Shown here: in pieces, positions 1-6,981 of the stretch
Numbering within the stretch: the stretch's first letter is position 1
Layout: every line of letters starts with the position of its first letter
Origin: a bacterium
GTDB lineage: Bacteria > Hydrothermota > Tepidihabitantia > Tepidihabitantales > Tepidihabitantaceae
Assembly (NCBI GenBank): GCA_046485285.1
Contig: JAWOHE010000070.1
Location: forward strand, 1-16,082
Direction: 5' to 3'
DNA: 16,082 bases
Program-made: the position numbers and the translations under genes
The notes under the pieces: model-generated
Seen by the model: only the letters and a program-made list of their open reading frames with translations
Told to the model about the DNA's origin: nothing
Database searches by the model: none

Positions 1-59
1 ACTACAAGTACAACTACAGCTACGCGCACCGGACCCCGTCGGGCGAGATAAAGAAGTAG
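1..59 (+). CDS. 3' end of an upstream gene with a Tyr-rich C-terminal tail (possibly a BY-kinase of the Wzc/CpsD type); partial
   Basis: Frame 3 reads YKYNYSYAHRTPSGEIKK then TAG (57-59) with high-GC3 codons. A C-terminal Tyr cluster is typical of bacterial tyrosine autokinases, but only 18 codons are visible. Confidence 0.35.
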   Translation, partial: YKYNYSYAHRTPSGEIKK

Positions 60-208
60 GTCGGTAACCGGGTCGGGCCGGTCAGCTCCGGTCAGCCGGC
101 CCCGGACCCCGGGGAGGAGGATTCCGGCCGTCCGGGGCAGGACCGGTTCGACCTGCGTTCGGGTTGCCCGGGCGCCCTGCAGGCGGGGCGCAGGACAAAG
201 GAGGTAAC

Positions 209-490
209 GTGTACCTGGTCGGACTGACGCAGTTGCTCGTGCCGGTGTTCGGCGCCGCGTTGATCGCGGCCGCGGTCGAGGGACTCAAGGCCGAGTGGCA
301 CGCCCTGTTCAAGCGGCCGATGCCGGGCGCGCTCGCGCGCATCGTCGTCTACCTGCTGGCAATCGCACTTCAGGTCTACAACTGGTATGCTCACAACGTG
401 CCGGCCTGGCAGGTCCCGGTGATGGCCGTCGCGACCGCGCTCGGCGCGATTGGCTTCTACCGCTTCGCGAAGCGGCCGAAGACCGCCTGA
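209..490 (+). CDS. Small multi-pass membrane protein (93 aa), holin-like
   Basis: GTG at 209 follows a strong RBS (AAAGGAGGT, 197-205) and is in frame with track ORF 164..490. It has about 3 hydrophobic segments and a basic C-terminus (RFAKRPKTA). Confidence 0.75.
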   Translation: MYLVGLTQLLVPVFGAALIAAAVEGLKAEWHALFKRPMPGALARIVVYLLAIALQVYNWYAHNVPAWQVPVMAVATALGAIGFYRFAKRPKTA

Positions 491-540
491 CGCCGGGGCG
501 GCGCGAGGGCCGCGAGGGCCGGACCACCACCTCGCCCCAA

Positions 541-565
541 CCCTCTCCCCCAGAGGCAGAGAGGG
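541..565. repeat. REP-like hairpin CCCTCTC...GAGAGGG
   Basis: CCCTCTC (541-547) is the reverse complement of GAGAGGG (559-565). It lies in the convergent intergenic region. Confidence 0.45.
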
Positions 566-671
566 GGAGCGTCCCGGACGGGCAGGATTCAACACGAAGG
601 CACGAAAGGGTGATGTGTGTGAGGACAAGGGCGCGGACTGGGGGCTAAGACACAAAGAACGGCACGAGGAC

Positions 672-734
672 TGAGCGATGAATGCCGAATCCTGCACTCT
701 GAACCTTGAACTATGGACTTTGAACCGTGAACTG
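672..734 (+). repeat. Degenerate heptamer tandem repeat (TGAACNN)x9
   Basis: tgagcga tgaatgc cgaatcc tgcactc tgaacct tgaacta tggactt tgaaccg tgaactg. Confidence 0.8.
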
Positions 735-754
735 CGTCCCGCACGGGCCGGAAA

Positions 755-783
755 GGGATTTCTCGACTGCGCTCGAAATGACA
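755..783. repeat. REP-like element GGGATTTCTCGACTGCGCTCGAAATGACA
   Basis: Imperfect palindrome (TCGA...TCGA, ATTTC...GAAAT). Its first part, GGGATTTCTC, recurs at 802-811. Confidence 0.4.
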
Positions 784-956
784 GCGGGCGCGGACAGGAG
801 AGGGATTTCTCCACGCGAAACCGAAGAAACACCAAGACCCAAAGAAGGAGGGTTCCGATATCCGGACCCCGGGACCCTGTTCTTCTTGGTGCCTTGGTGG
901 TTGGTCCTGTCCGGCCTCGGCGGCCGTTGGTCGAAACAACGGGTGGGGGCGAGGAC

Positions 957-1026
957 TGAACGCTGACCGATCAACTTTGAACCATGAACGTTGAACCTTG
1001 AACGCTGAACGCTGAACTTCGAACTG
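957..1026 (+). repeat. Degenerate heptamer tandem repeat (TGAACNN)x10
   Basis: tgaacgc tgaccga tcaactt tgaacca tgaacgt tgaacct tgaacgc tgaacgc tgaactt cgaactg. Confidence 0.85.
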
Positions 1027-1048
1027 CGGTCCGGCCCGCGGTCGCGGG

Positions 1049-2866
1049 TCAGGTCTCGCGGTAGTGTGAGGCCTGGGCCAGGTACATCCGGGCGTAGAGC
1101 TCGCCGAGCTCGAGCAGTTCATGGTGCGTTCCCTGTTCCCGGATCCGCCCCTTGTCGAGCACGTAGATGTAGTCGGCGAGCTGGACCGTTGAGAACCGGT
1201 GGCTGACGAGGACCGCGCTCCGGCCGTCGAGAACCCCGCGGAACTGCTCGAATAGTTCGGCCTCGGCAAGCGGGTCGAGCGCGCTGGTCGGCTCGTCGAG
1301 CACGACGAGCTGGGAGCGGCGCATGAACGCCCGGGCCAGCGCGACCTTCTGCCACTCGCCGATGCTCAGCTCGAGGCCGGACTCGAACCAGCGGCCGAGC
1401 GGCGTGTCGTAACCCTGGGGCAGGCGGCTTATTGCCGCGTCGGCCCCGGCGCGCTTCGCGGCCGCGACGATCCTCGCCCGGTCCGGCTCGGCCGCCGCGT
1501 CGCCGAGCCAGATGTTCTCCCAGGCCGGGAGCTGGTACTGGACGAAGTCCTGAAGGATGACGCTGACCTCCCGGCGCCAGCGGGCCGGCTCGAGCCGGCG
1601 GATGTCGATGCCGTCGACGGTGATCTGGCCGGTGCCGGGGTCGTAGAGCCGGCAGAGGAGCTTGACGAGCGTCGTCTTGCCCGAGCCGTTCGCGCCGACC
1701 AGCGCAACGACCTGGCCCGGGGCAATCGCCAGGCTGACCGCGTCGAGCGCCGGCCGGGAACTGCCCGGGTAGGCGAAGCTGACGCCTTCGAACGCGATGC
1801 CCCGCGCGAACCGTGCCGGGACCGGGAGCGGCTTCGCCGGCGCGGTGACCCTCGGCTGGAGGTCGAGGAACTCGTAGAAGTTGGCGAGGAAGAGGTTGTC
1901 CTCGTAGAGCCCGGCGAGGCCGGCGAGGATGGCCGAGAGCGAGTTGGCCGCGAGCTGGAAGGCCGAGTAGTACATCACCAGGCTGCCGATGGTGATCGTC
2001 CCCCGCCAGGTCTGCCAGGCGATGTAGACGAGCGTGCCGAAGGTGGCGACCGTCACCGCGGCCTGGGCGAGCAGGCCGGCCGCGCTGCGGCGCCGGGCCA
2101 GTACCAGCCTCGCCCGGCGCAGTTGCCGGCGGAGTTCGCGGTAGCGCTGGCGGAAGAGCGCGCCGATGTCGAAGAGCCGGAGTTCCTTGGCCGGGAACGA
2201 GTTCGTCAGCAGCCAGTGGTAGTACCAGGCCCGGCGTTCCTTCTCGGTCTGCTCACGCTCGAAACGGTAGAGCCGGCGCGCGTGGACCATCCGGACGACC
2301 GCGCCGGGCAGGGCGACGACGACGAGCACGAGGGCGACCAGCGGGCTGAGCGCGAAGAGCAGGCCGGCGATGCCGGCCAGCGAGACCGCGCCCCGGCCGA
2401 CCTGGACCAGCCGGTTGACGATGTTGACCGGCCGGTGCATCGCGTCACCCTGGGCCCGGTGGAGGGTGTCGTGGTAGCGGGGGTCCTCGTAGTAGCCGAG
2501 GTCCATCGCGACCGACTGGCCGTGGACGATGTCGGTCACCTTGTCGGACAGCACGAGCGACTGGGCCTGGCCGACGAGCTCGGCCAGCGAGTGCGCGATG
2601 GCGGTGAGGAGCGCCGCGGCCGCGGCAACGCCGACCCAGACGAGCACGCGCTGGAAGCCGGCCGGTCCGCTGCCGGCCGCGATGCCGGCCTGCAGCAGGT
2701 CGACGACCTGCTTGATGGCGTAGAGCCCGGCCAGCGGCAGGAGCCCCTGGACCGCGACGAGGGCCGCGTTGGCGACCGCGAGCCCGGGCGCGCTGGCCCA
2801 GACGAGGCGGACCGCCCGGTCGAGGCGCAGGCCCTTCCGGACCGGGTCCTTCGGCCTCGCGCTCAC
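1049..2866 (-). CDS. ABC exporter, fused permease/ATP-binding protein (probable RiPP exporter, no C39 peptidase domain)
   Basis: 605 aa. N-terminal transmembrane domain, Walker A GANGSGKTT, signature variant LSIGEWQ, Walker B/D-loop VVLDEPTSALD and H-loop SHR. GTGA overlap with the upstream gene. Confidence 0.95.
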   Translation of the reverse strand: MSARPKDPVRKGLRLDRAVRLVWASAPGLAVANAALVAVQGLLPLAGLYAIKQVVDLLQAGIAAGSGPAGFQRVLVWVGVAAAAALLTAIAHSLAELVGQAQSLVLSDKVTDIVHGQSVAMDLGYYEDPRYHDTLHRAQGDAMHRPVNIVNRLVQVGRGAVSLAGIAGLLFALSPLVALVLVVVALPGAVVRMVHARRLYRFEREQTEKERRAWYYHWLLTNSFPAKELRLFDIGALFRQRYRELRRQLRRARLVLARRRSAAGLLAQAAVTVATFGTLVYIAWQTWRGTITIGSLVMYYSAFQLAANSLSAILAGLAGLYEDNLFLANFYEFLDLQPRVTAPAKPLPVPARFARGIAFEGVSFAYPGSSRPALDAVSLAIAPGQVVALVGANGSGKTTLVKLLCRLYDPGTGQITVDGIDIRRLEPARWRREVSVILQDFVQYQLPAWENIWLGDAAAEPDRARIVAAAKRAGADAAISRLPQGYDTPLGRWFESGLELSIGEWQKVALARAFMRRSQLVVLDEPTSALDPLAEAELFEQFRGVLDGRSAVLVSHRFSTVQLADYIYVLDKGRIREQGTHHELLELGELYARMYLAQASHYRET

Positions 2867-4077
2867 GGCCTGCCCGTCCTGAGCCAGCGGACCAGCAGGT
2901 CTTCCCGGCCGCGCCGGGGGTTGTCGACCATCAGCCGGGCCTGGAGCCGGGCGTGAAGCCAGCCTGCCCGGATGCCGTCGCGGAGCCGCAGGGCATAGAA
3001 GCGGTAGAGATGACGTGCGGTACGGGATGCCGGGTACTTCACGGCCATCGCGTCACGAGAGAGGAAGACATGCTTCCAGACCAGCCTTACCAGGCCGCCA
3101 AGCGACCCGGCGCCCCGGCGGCCGGCGAGCGACCCGGGCGGGCGGTAGTCGGACCGGGCGAGAACGGTCTCGCGCGCGACCTCCAGGACGCGGGGCTCGA
3201 TACCGCCCGGCACGAGCTGTTCGAAGACGTCGCCCGGGACTTCGGCCCCGAGCAGGTCGCGGGCAAGGCCGAGCACGAGGCCCGTGTATCGCGTCGCGCC
3301 CCACTCGCGGGCCCGGCGCGCGAACCGTGGCCAGTCCAACTCGCCGCGGAAGCGGTGAACGGTCTCGGCGACGTCGCAGAGGACGTACGGCACCGCGAGG
3401 CCGTGACGATGGCTGAGATGCAGGCACAGGTGCAGGAGCAAGTCCTCTGGCGAGAGCGCGAGCACCTCGACGCCAGCTATCGCGGCCGGACGGGCCCGGT
3501 CCCAGAGCCCGGCAGCGGCCACTCTGAATGGCCCGGTCGGGCGTTCGATGGCCCAGTGAAGGTCAACGGCGAGGTCGCGAATGAAGAGCGTCGGGAGGCT
3601 GGCGTTCCTGCGGCAGTGTCGCTTGATGTCGACCGGGCGCGCGGAGGCACCGCCAGCGGCGAGCAGGACCGCCCGGGCTCTCGGCAGGTCGGCCTTCCGG
3701 ACCATCAGGTCGGCATCGCTCATCGGCCGGAGTGCGGCGTCGCCGTAGACCGCCTCCGCGAGGAACGCTCCCTTGAGCACGATGACCGGAATGCCGGTAT
3801 CGCGCAGGCCGGCGAGCACCGGCCGAAGGCGACGGTAGAAGCGGGTGTTCCTGCCGGCGCTGTCAAGGTAGGCCAGTCGCAGGCGCTCCCAGGCACCGGC
3901 CGGGACCCGGTCCCGCGCCGAGCCCTGCTTCAGGCGCCTGAAGAGCAGGGGCGCGAGGCGGAGGTGGGCGGCCGCGGCGACGAGGCCGTTCCAGTCGGCG
4001 GCCGGCTCAGAGCCGTCGAACAGGTGACGGAGCAACAGGCTGACCGGCCGGGTGTCGACGGCCGAGCGAGCGTTCAA
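2863..4077 (-). CDS. Nucleotidyltransferase family protein (NTP_transf_5-like)
   Basis: Motifs IPVIVLKG, LRPMSDADL (DxD), VDLHW and LSPEDLLLHLCLH. Paralog of 13936..15195. The TTG start overlaps the upstream stop (TTGA). Confidence 0.88.
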   Translation of the reverse strand: MNARSAVDTRPVSLLLRHLFDGSEPAADWNGLVAAAAHLRLAPLLFRRLKQGSARDRVPAGAWERLRLAYLDSAGRNTRFYRRLRPVLAGLRDTGIPVIVLKGAFLAEAVYGDAALRPMSDADLMVRKADLPRARAVLLAAGGASARPVDIKRHCRRNASLPTLFIRDLAVDLHWAIERPTGPFRVAAAGLWDRARPAAIAGVEVLALSPEDLLLHLCLHLSHRHGLAVPYVLCDVAETVHRFRGELDWPRFARRAREWGATRYTGLVLGLARDLLGAEVPGDVFEQLVPGGIEPRVLEVARETVLARSDYRPPGSLAGRRGAGSLGGLVRLVWKHVFLSRDAMAVKYPASRTARHLYRFYALRLRDGIRAGWLHARLQARLMVDNPRRGREDLLVRWLRTGRP

Positions 4078-5648
4078 TCCCGCGCTTCGCTGCCGGAGGC
4101 GAGACTGATAACGGCCTGCCTGAGGGTCTGCTCAGCCACGAACAGGTGGAACGGCGGCCGAATGTACCACCGCCTGAGCCGAAAGTCGTAGTGCCCGACC
4201 ACCTGCCCGCCCATCAGCAGTTTGAGGAACGCCCGGTAGCGGTTGCCGAAGCGCACCGGCCTGGGCCGGAGCCGTCGCGGGAGAAGGCGGTCGAACGGGC
4301 CGAGACCGGCAACAGCGCGGTACAGCGTGTGAGGGAGACGGCCCGCGCTTCTCCGGATGCCCCGGCCCAGGCGCACGCAGCGAAGGACAAGGAGACCTCG
4401 CCACCCGCCGTGGACAACCCGGCGCTTGTCTCCGCGCTGGGCGGCGATCACGCGGCCGGTGATGCTGTCGGCCGGCAGGACCCAGGTGTCATCTTCCCGG
4501 TTGTTGTCGCCGCGGGTGCGCAGGCCGCCCTGCGCATGGCCGGGGACCGGGGACCGGCGACTGACCGAGACTAAGCGGTGCACGACCGTCTTGCCGGTCT
4601 CGGGCGACCTGAAGCAGACGACGTCGCCCGGGCGCACCCGGGCCGGACCGTACGGCCTGACTTCGAGAAGGTCGGGCTCGTCGAGGGTGGGAAGCATGCT
4701 GGTGCCCGTGCAGACCACGCGCAACGCGTCGTCAGCCGTAAGCGAGTCGACCGACACCGGGTCCGGCCGGGGGGCGTCCACACAGGGACCGGGCAAGTCG
4801 CCGACGGGCAGGACCCGCTCGATTTCCTCCCAGAACCTGCCCTCGAGGCTGAACTTCAGCGACCAGGCCGGGATGGCCGCGGCAAGCCCCCGGGCAGTCC
4901 TCAGCGCCTCGATGCAGAGCCGGTGGATGACGTCGACGTCGTTCAGGACGAACAGCACTTCCCGGGCGAGTTCCTCCGCGGACTCCATCGCCAGGGCGGT
5001 CACCCGCGTACCGTGGAGCGGCTCGAGTCGGTCAAACGGCGACTGGTCGAGGAAGAAGAGCGCCCGGAGCGGAACGGCGCGCTCTACGGCCCAAGAGCCG
5101 CCCGGGCCACCATAGAGGAAACGGCTCCAGGTCGGCCAGGGGTGAGCCCAGAAACGGCCCCTGCCGTCGGGCACGACCAGCGTCATGTCGTCGGACAGCG
5201 AGCGCCAGGGCGCGGGCAGGCGGCGGCTGGCAGTGCTCTTGCCGACCTCGGCCGGCCCGCCCATTATGAAACCGCTCCCCCGGTACTCGGCCAGCGCGCC
5301 GTGGAACAGCATCCCGCCCCGGGCCAGGGTCTCGCGGGCAATGAAGGATGCGATTCGCCGCAGTTGGGCAACCCGGGTCTCCTTGTCTGTCGGCGGGGCA
5401 ATCCGACACGCGGCTGCGCCGGGCGTCTCCGGTCCCGTTCGGTCGGACTCACCGGACACGGCGACACACAACTCGCGCCCGGCCTCGCCCGGCCTGCCCG
5501 ACCGGCAGACTGAGCCCAACTGCATTACTCTGCCCAGTTCGGCCACGATCTCCGTGGCCTGGTCATCGGCCGGCCGAATGAGCCACCGCTGGCCATCGGC
5601 CAAGGCAAGTCTCAGCCCAAACAGCAAATACGATGGAGGTGCTGGCAT
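4074..5648 (-). CDS. scmC: ScmC-like HPr-kinase-type P-loop domain fused to a C-terminal S24/S26 (signal peptidase I-like) peptidase
   Basis: N-terminal half has FHGALAE, GPAEVGKST, LSDD and HPWPTWS. C-terminal half has GTSMLP (Ser codon 4698-4700), GDVVCF, VVHRL (His codon 4578-4580) and TRGDNN. Confidence 0.82.
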   Translation of the reverse strand: MPAPPSYLLFGLRLALADGQRWLIRPADDQATEIVAELGRVMQLGSVCRSGRPGEAGRELCVAVSGESDRTGPETPGAAACRIAPPTDKETRVAQLRRIASFIARETLARGGMLFHGALAEYRGSGFIMGGPAEVGKSTASRRLPAPWRSLSDDMTLVVPDGRGRFWAHPWPTWSRFLYGGPGGSWAVERAVPLRALFFLDQSPFDRLEPLHGTRVTALAMESAEELAREVLFVLNDVDVIHRLCIEALRTARGLAAAIPAWSLKFSLEGRFWEEIERVLPVGDLPGPCVDAPRPDPVSVDSLTADDALRVVCTGTSMLPTLDEPDLLEVRPYGPARVRPGDVVCFRSPETGKTVVHRLVSVSRRSPVPGHAQGGLRTRGDNNREDDTWVLPADSITGRVIAAQRGDKRRVVHGGWRGLLVLRCVRLGRGIRRSAGRLPHTLYRAVAGLGPFDRLLPRRLRPRPVRFGNRYRAFLKLLMGGQVVGHYDFRLRRWYIRPPFHLFVAEQTLRQAVISLASGSEARD

Positions 5649-5753
5649 CTTGTCCGGCTAGGCGCTCGCGCTACACATCACGACAGCTTCTCCGCTACCG
5701 ACCGCAAGCCACCTGCTACGGAATCAGTTGTCTGCCGCTACCGACTCAACGGT

Positions 5754-5768
5754 GGGGCGGGCCGCCCC
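5754..5768 (-). terminator. Short GC hairpin downstream of precursor 1
   Basis: GGGGCG-ggc-CGCCCC, 12 nt beyond the stop codon. There is no U-tract, so it may stabilise the transcript rather than terminate it. Confidence 0.3.
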
Positions 5769-5780
5769 TCGCGCCGCTAC

Positions 5781-5960
5781 CTAGAAGTTCTGTACGTTAG
5801 AACCGGCCAGGCAGCGGTTCTGGCCCAGAACGCCGAATCCGCTGGCGCATACGTCCTCATTGCCCTCAGGCCCGTCGCCGCACGAAAACGTGCCGGTCGT
5901 GGCATCACTCAGGCGGACGGCGCACGGCGCCGTGTACTTCAGGTCGTCAGACTGGCTCAT
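5781..5960 (-). CDS. RiPP precursor peptide 1 (59 aa, ScmA-like, 3x CxxG); not in the ORF track
   Basis: Manual translation: MSQSDDLKYTAPCAVRLSDATTGTFSCGDGPEGNEDVCASGFGVLGQNRCLAGSNVQNF*. RBS GGAGGT (5966-5971) is 5 nt before the ATG. It has its own promoter and aligns without gaps to precursor 2. Confidence 0.9.
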   Translation of the reverse strand: MSQSDDLKYTAPCAVRLSDATTGTFSCGDGPEGNEDVCASGFGVLGQNRCLAGSNVQNF

Positions 5961-6001
5961 CAGATACCTCCGTGGCGTTGGTTTTGCATCTGCCTGAATT
6001 C

Positions 6002-6030
6002 ATTGTACCCCCCCCCGGCCCTGCTGTCAA
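6002..6030 (-). promoter_or_regulatory. Sigma70-type promoter of precursor 1: TTGACA-17-TACAAT with G9 in the spacer
   Basis: -35 at 6025-6030, -10 at 6002-6007, spacer 6008-6024. Near-consensus in high-GC DNA and conserved upstream of precursor 2. Confidence 0.8.
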
Positions 6031-6078
6031 GAAAAACGGTGGGCCTTCCCCGTCCTCGGATTCACTGCCCGCGACGCT

Positions 6079-6376
6079 TCAATTCCCGGTCCTGCGCTGC
6101 GCCCGGGCAGGGGGAAACAGCCCGCGGCGGACCGCCTCGGCGCACAGAGGGCGGGGCGCAACCAGTTGTCCGCTCTGGACATGGTTGTCGGCCACACAGC
6201 CGGTCCGGCAAACCCGGGCGAATATGCACCGCGCGCAGATGCCCGGGAAGCTGTCCGGGTCGGCCAGGGCCCGGCGTAGACGGAGAACCGTCGGGTTGTT
6301 CAGCCAGATGTCGCGCACGCTGTCTTTGCCCGGTTGCCCGCATGCCACCTCGGGGCAGGTGGAGCCGATGCCGCAC
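6079..6376 (-). pseudogene. Duplicated 3' fragment of the scmF-like gene (SPASM region)
   Basis: 6095-6376 matches 7045-7326 at offset 950 with 10 mismatches in 282 bp by manual count. It lacks the radical SAM core and any clear start. Confidence 0.9.
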
Positions 6377-6394
6377 CGCGTTCCGCGGCCAGGC

Positions 6395-6548
6395 GCCCGA
6401 CCGGCAGACGGGGTCCAACTGCAGGATTGCGCCCAGCTCGGCGGCAAGCGCCGCGGCCCTGTCGTCAGCCGGCCGCAACGAGCCGCCGCTGGCCATCGGC
6501 GAGGACGAGTCTCAGGCCGCGGGATGGATGAGAGGGGCGTGCTGACAT
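6395..6548 (-). pseudogene. Frameshifted 5' remnant of a scmC-like gene
   Basis: From ATG 6548 it reads MSARPSHPSRGLRLVLADGQRRLV, then after a 1-nt insertion RPADDRAAALAAELGAILQLDPVCRSG. This matches the N-terminus of 4074..5648 (GLRLALADGQRWLIRPADDQATEIVAELGRVMQLGSVCRSG), about 73% nt identity by manual count. Confidence 0.85.
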
Positions 6549-6650
6549 CGGAGTCGACGCTGCACCTGCGTCAAACGACAAACCGGCCAGTTCGCCACTG
6601 GCCGGATACCATTCGCTACCTAATCAGTTGTCTTCTTCTGCCGGTGCAAC

Positions 6651-6678
6651 CGCGACGCGGCCGGGCATTCGCGTCGCG
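6651..6678 (-). terminator. 9-bp GC stem-loop immediately after the precursor 2 stop codon
   Basis: CGCGACGCG (6651-6659) pairs with CGCGTCGCG (6670-6678) around a 10-nt loop. No clear U-tract. Confidence 0.5.
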
Positions 6679-6855
6679 CTAGTTCTGGACGGTGGAGCCG
6701 GTGTTGCAGATGTTGATCTGCTGGACCGCGAACCCGCTCTCGCACAGGTCGGCGTTGCCATTGCGGCCGTTCGTGCACGCGAACGTGCCGGTCTGGGCAT
6801 CGCTCAGACGCACGGCACACGGAGCCATATATGTCGAATTGTCGGACTTCACCAC
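6679..6855 (-). CDS. RiPP precursor peptide 2 (58 aa, ScmA-like, 3x CxxG)
   Basis: Likely start is GTG at 6855, 5 nt after GGAGGT (6861-6866), inside track ORF 6679..6981. Sequence: MVKSDNSTYMAPCAVRLSDAQTGTFACTNGRNGNADLCESGFAVQQINICNTGSTVQN*. It is 35/58 identical to precursor 1. Confidence 0.9.
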   Translation of the reverse strand: MVKSDNSTYMAPCAVRLSDAQTGTFACTNGRNGNADLCESGFAVQQINICNTGSTVQN

Positions 6856-6952
6856 TTCATACCTCCGATTCGCGGACTCCGCGAGAGCCCGCTCATTTTT
6901 GTCTAAAACGAACTGCTGCCAACTGGCGACCCTGTGCCAGTTGAACTGAGAC

Positions 6953-6981
6953 ATAATACCCCCCCCGGCGTCTGCTGTCAA
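6953..6981 (-). promoter_or_regulatory. Sigma70-type promoter of precursor 2: TTGACA-17-TATTAT with G8 in the spacer
   Basis: -35 at 6976-6981 (overlapping the scmF stop codon), -10 at 6953-6958. Confidence 0.78.

Noticed and set aside
672-1026. CRISPR array
   Set aside because: The repeats are contiguous degenerate 7-mers with no unique spacers, and no cas genes are present.
92-1269. ORFs across the repeat-rich spacer (92..835, 589..1269, 678..959, 711..974, 727..966)
   Set aside because: Their translations reflect the heptamer repeats or overlap the real genes.
2953-4191. Long antisense ORFs (also 2123..2956, 4578..5513, 7116..7964, 11432..12604, 12789..13796, 13945..15216, 14859..15917)
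   Set aside because: They are shadow frames of motif-bearing genes, expected in high-GC DNA, and have no recognisable domains.
6079-6447. Track ORF as a functional stand-alone SPASM protein
   Set aside because: The TTG start has no RBS, the N-terminus is out-of-frame scmC remnant, and substitutions cluster near the junction (LTYGQL to VACGQP). It is best read as a pseudogene fragment.
6856-6981. N-terminal extension of the 100-aa track ORF for precursor 2
   Set aside because: This stretch contains the promoter and RBS. Alignment with precursor 1 places the start at 6855.
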